A stretch of 23,316 nt of DNA from Bugula neritina. Lineage: Eukaryota > Animalia > Bryozoa. Below the pieces are notes generated by a model. That model ran no database searches. It was given only the letters and a program-made list of their open reading frames with translations, and had not been told where the DNA came from. The translations under genes were made by a program, and so were the position numbers. The stretch spans positions 74,282 through 97,597 of the forward strand of contig CAXIUT010000006.1 in assembly GCA_964035545.1 (NCBI GenBank), in the 5' to 3' direction. Below, piece by piece: positions 21,629-23,316 of this stretch. How positions within the stretch are numbered: the stretch's first letter is position 1; each line of letters starts with the position of its first letter.

Positions 21629-22525
21629 TCATTCAACTAATTTTTTTATCCTCTCGTAGAACTATGCTTTTTGCTTGACTTAGATCAATTTTTTTTATAG
21701 TTTTTTTGCCAGATACTCAGCATTATACTCTTAATTAGCCTTCATCGCAATAATTTATTACTTCTCTTTAAATGCTAGATCAAGATGCTCCTTCAAACTA
21801 TTTTTGATTATACTCTTTTCTTCTTATGATTTATTTTAATCTTAATCTAAAAATGATTTGCTTTCCTTTTCCACGAATACTTTATCGATAAGTTGACTAG
21901 TTGAGTTTTAGTTTTTAAGTCTATTAATATTTTATTCCTCAGACATTTATCCTCTGAACTAATTTTCCCTTTATATTAAGCAGTTTTCTTTAGAAAAGTT
22001 ATCATTTTGAATATTCTCCAAGCTTATCTTATTAATCCTATCTTAAATACTTTCTTCTTAAAATATAGGAGGTAATTCATCTTTAAATTTCTTTTATGTA
22101 TGCTCTATATTTTACTTTTTAACCTTTCTATCTTTGTAATTTTTATCATCTTTATATATTTTTTTTTCTTTTATTCTAACTCTTTTAACCTATATCTTTT
22201 CTTAAATTTTTCTACACTATTCTGTTAAATAATGATCTTAAAAATCCAGAAAAGTAAACATTCCTAACAGTAATTCACTCATGAGATATCGATGTCCATG
22301 TAAAATTGAGGTAAATGTAACCTACATATTATATAATTCAGCTGCTTTTTCACTTTTTGGAAGTGCATTTTTCTTGCTTTTGCTTTATTTATTTTAATTT
22401 TCAAGTTGGCCATGTTTTTATTTGCCGAGATTTTCTTGCTATTTGTGTTGATGTAAAAGATTAGAATCTGAATGTTATGATTACTTGGTGTTAAAGTCTT
22501 AACCTTTACTGTTTAAGTTTGACAT
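21629..22525 (-). CDS. Orphan K/E-rich protein, 'MSNLNS' family paralog 3 (298 aa)
   Basis: ATG22525 to TGA21629; first 64 codons identical to paralog 2, then diverged but homologous (VKRVRIKEKKIYKD, LKNENSTSQLIDKVF). Confidence 0.75.
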
Positions 22526-22679
22526 AATTCTTCCTTTTGTTGGTTCAACAAAAATTAATATAAATAATCTCCAACTCATAAATGTAAACTCCAAAACGTT
22601 TTTATAAATAAACTATAAACTTTTCTTTATCTAAATTATCATTTGAAATATCAAATCTTTTCAGATCATTTAAAGCTAT
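22333..22679. repeat. 347-bp direct repeat, copy 2
   Basis: Identical by eye to 19281-19627. Confidence 0.92.
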
Positions 22680-22725
22680 TTTAGCTTTAAATGGAATAAA
22701 GTTGTTTAAAATAATTAGAAAGAAA

Positions 22726-23184
22726 TCAGCAATTCCTATGATATATTTCTTTATGATAATGATAGTGAATAAGTATATCTATTTTAGGTATCATGGTCGA
22801 GGGCAAGGCGTTGCTAGTTGTATTCTACCCATTGATAAATGGGTTAGCTCTAAATAGCCTAACTATGACTTTTAATAACGGAACATACAGTTGTTCCTTG
22901 AAGAAGCATACCTTGTACTAAGTAACCAAGTCCACTACTGACTGTGCTTCGTTCACTTTCTTCCATTGACTTCTAGAGAACCTCTGACAAGTTGTAGATT
23001 GCTAGGCTTGAAAGTGAGTGTAGAAGAAGAACTCGATTTTGTAAACTTTTTATTTCCCCTAGTTAATGGGTGATTACATATTAGCCCATGATTTATGAAG
23101 GTTATTATTTATGCAGTTGACCTTGGGTTGTAGCAGACGAGAACTTTGCTGGGTAAAAGTTTTAAACATACGAGATCCCCACAT
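22726..23184 (-). CDS. Hypothetical subtelomeric protein, exon structure uncertain
   Basis: ATG23184 (MWGSRMFKTFTQQSSRLLQPK, presequence-like) open to TGA22726; a 19-nt GT-AG candidate (gtaatcacccattaactag) would change the C-terminus. Confidence 0.4.
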
Positions 23185-23240
23185 ATCTCAATATATATAA
23201 CCAAAATAACACTCAATTAAATTTATGATATTATTGTCCC

Positions 23241-23316
23241 TGGGGTTGGGGTTGGGGTTGGGGTTGGGGTTGGGGTTGGGGTTGGGGTTGGGGTTGGGGT
23301 TGGGGTTGGGGTTGGG
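23241..23316 (+). repeat. Right telomere, (GGGGTT)n
   Basis: Perfect G4T2 repeat to the window end. Confidence 0.97.

Noticed and set aside
1-23316. Mass pseudogenisation suggested by many in-frame TAA/TAG
   Set aside because: Frames are intact to a TGA and motifs are conserved once TAR=Glu and tiny introns are applied

Overview
AT-rich ciliate macronuclear DNA with (C4A2)n/(G4T2)n telomeres. In-frame TAA and TAG occupy invariant glutamate positions in several conserved proteins and only TGA terminates, which matches the peritrich nuclear code (NCBI table 30). The supplied standard-code ORF track is therefore mostly misleading, and all gene models below are my manual translations with TAA/TAG=Glu. 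Bases 1-12382 look like a complete telomere-to-telomere multigene minichromosome of about 12.4 kb (orphan K/E-rich gene, TPR+C2-like protein, Ser/Thr kinase, RPS18, H2A.Z, Pumilio, PP2C, hypothetical genes). It is joined, probably chimerically, to a 5'-truncated fragment of a second chromosome (ALDH, coiled-coil proteins, ACBP, a 78-bp tandem-repeat protein, two more paralogs of the orphan family) that ends in a telomere. Introns are tiny (19-20 nt, GTA...YAG). Notable points: the same CTGGGG junction at all three telomere-addition sites; a three-member orphan family with a conserved upstream module and a 347-bp identical block bounded by a hairpin; a Pumilio element directly after the Pumilio gene's own stop codon; an ACBP ending in a PTS1-type tripeptide.
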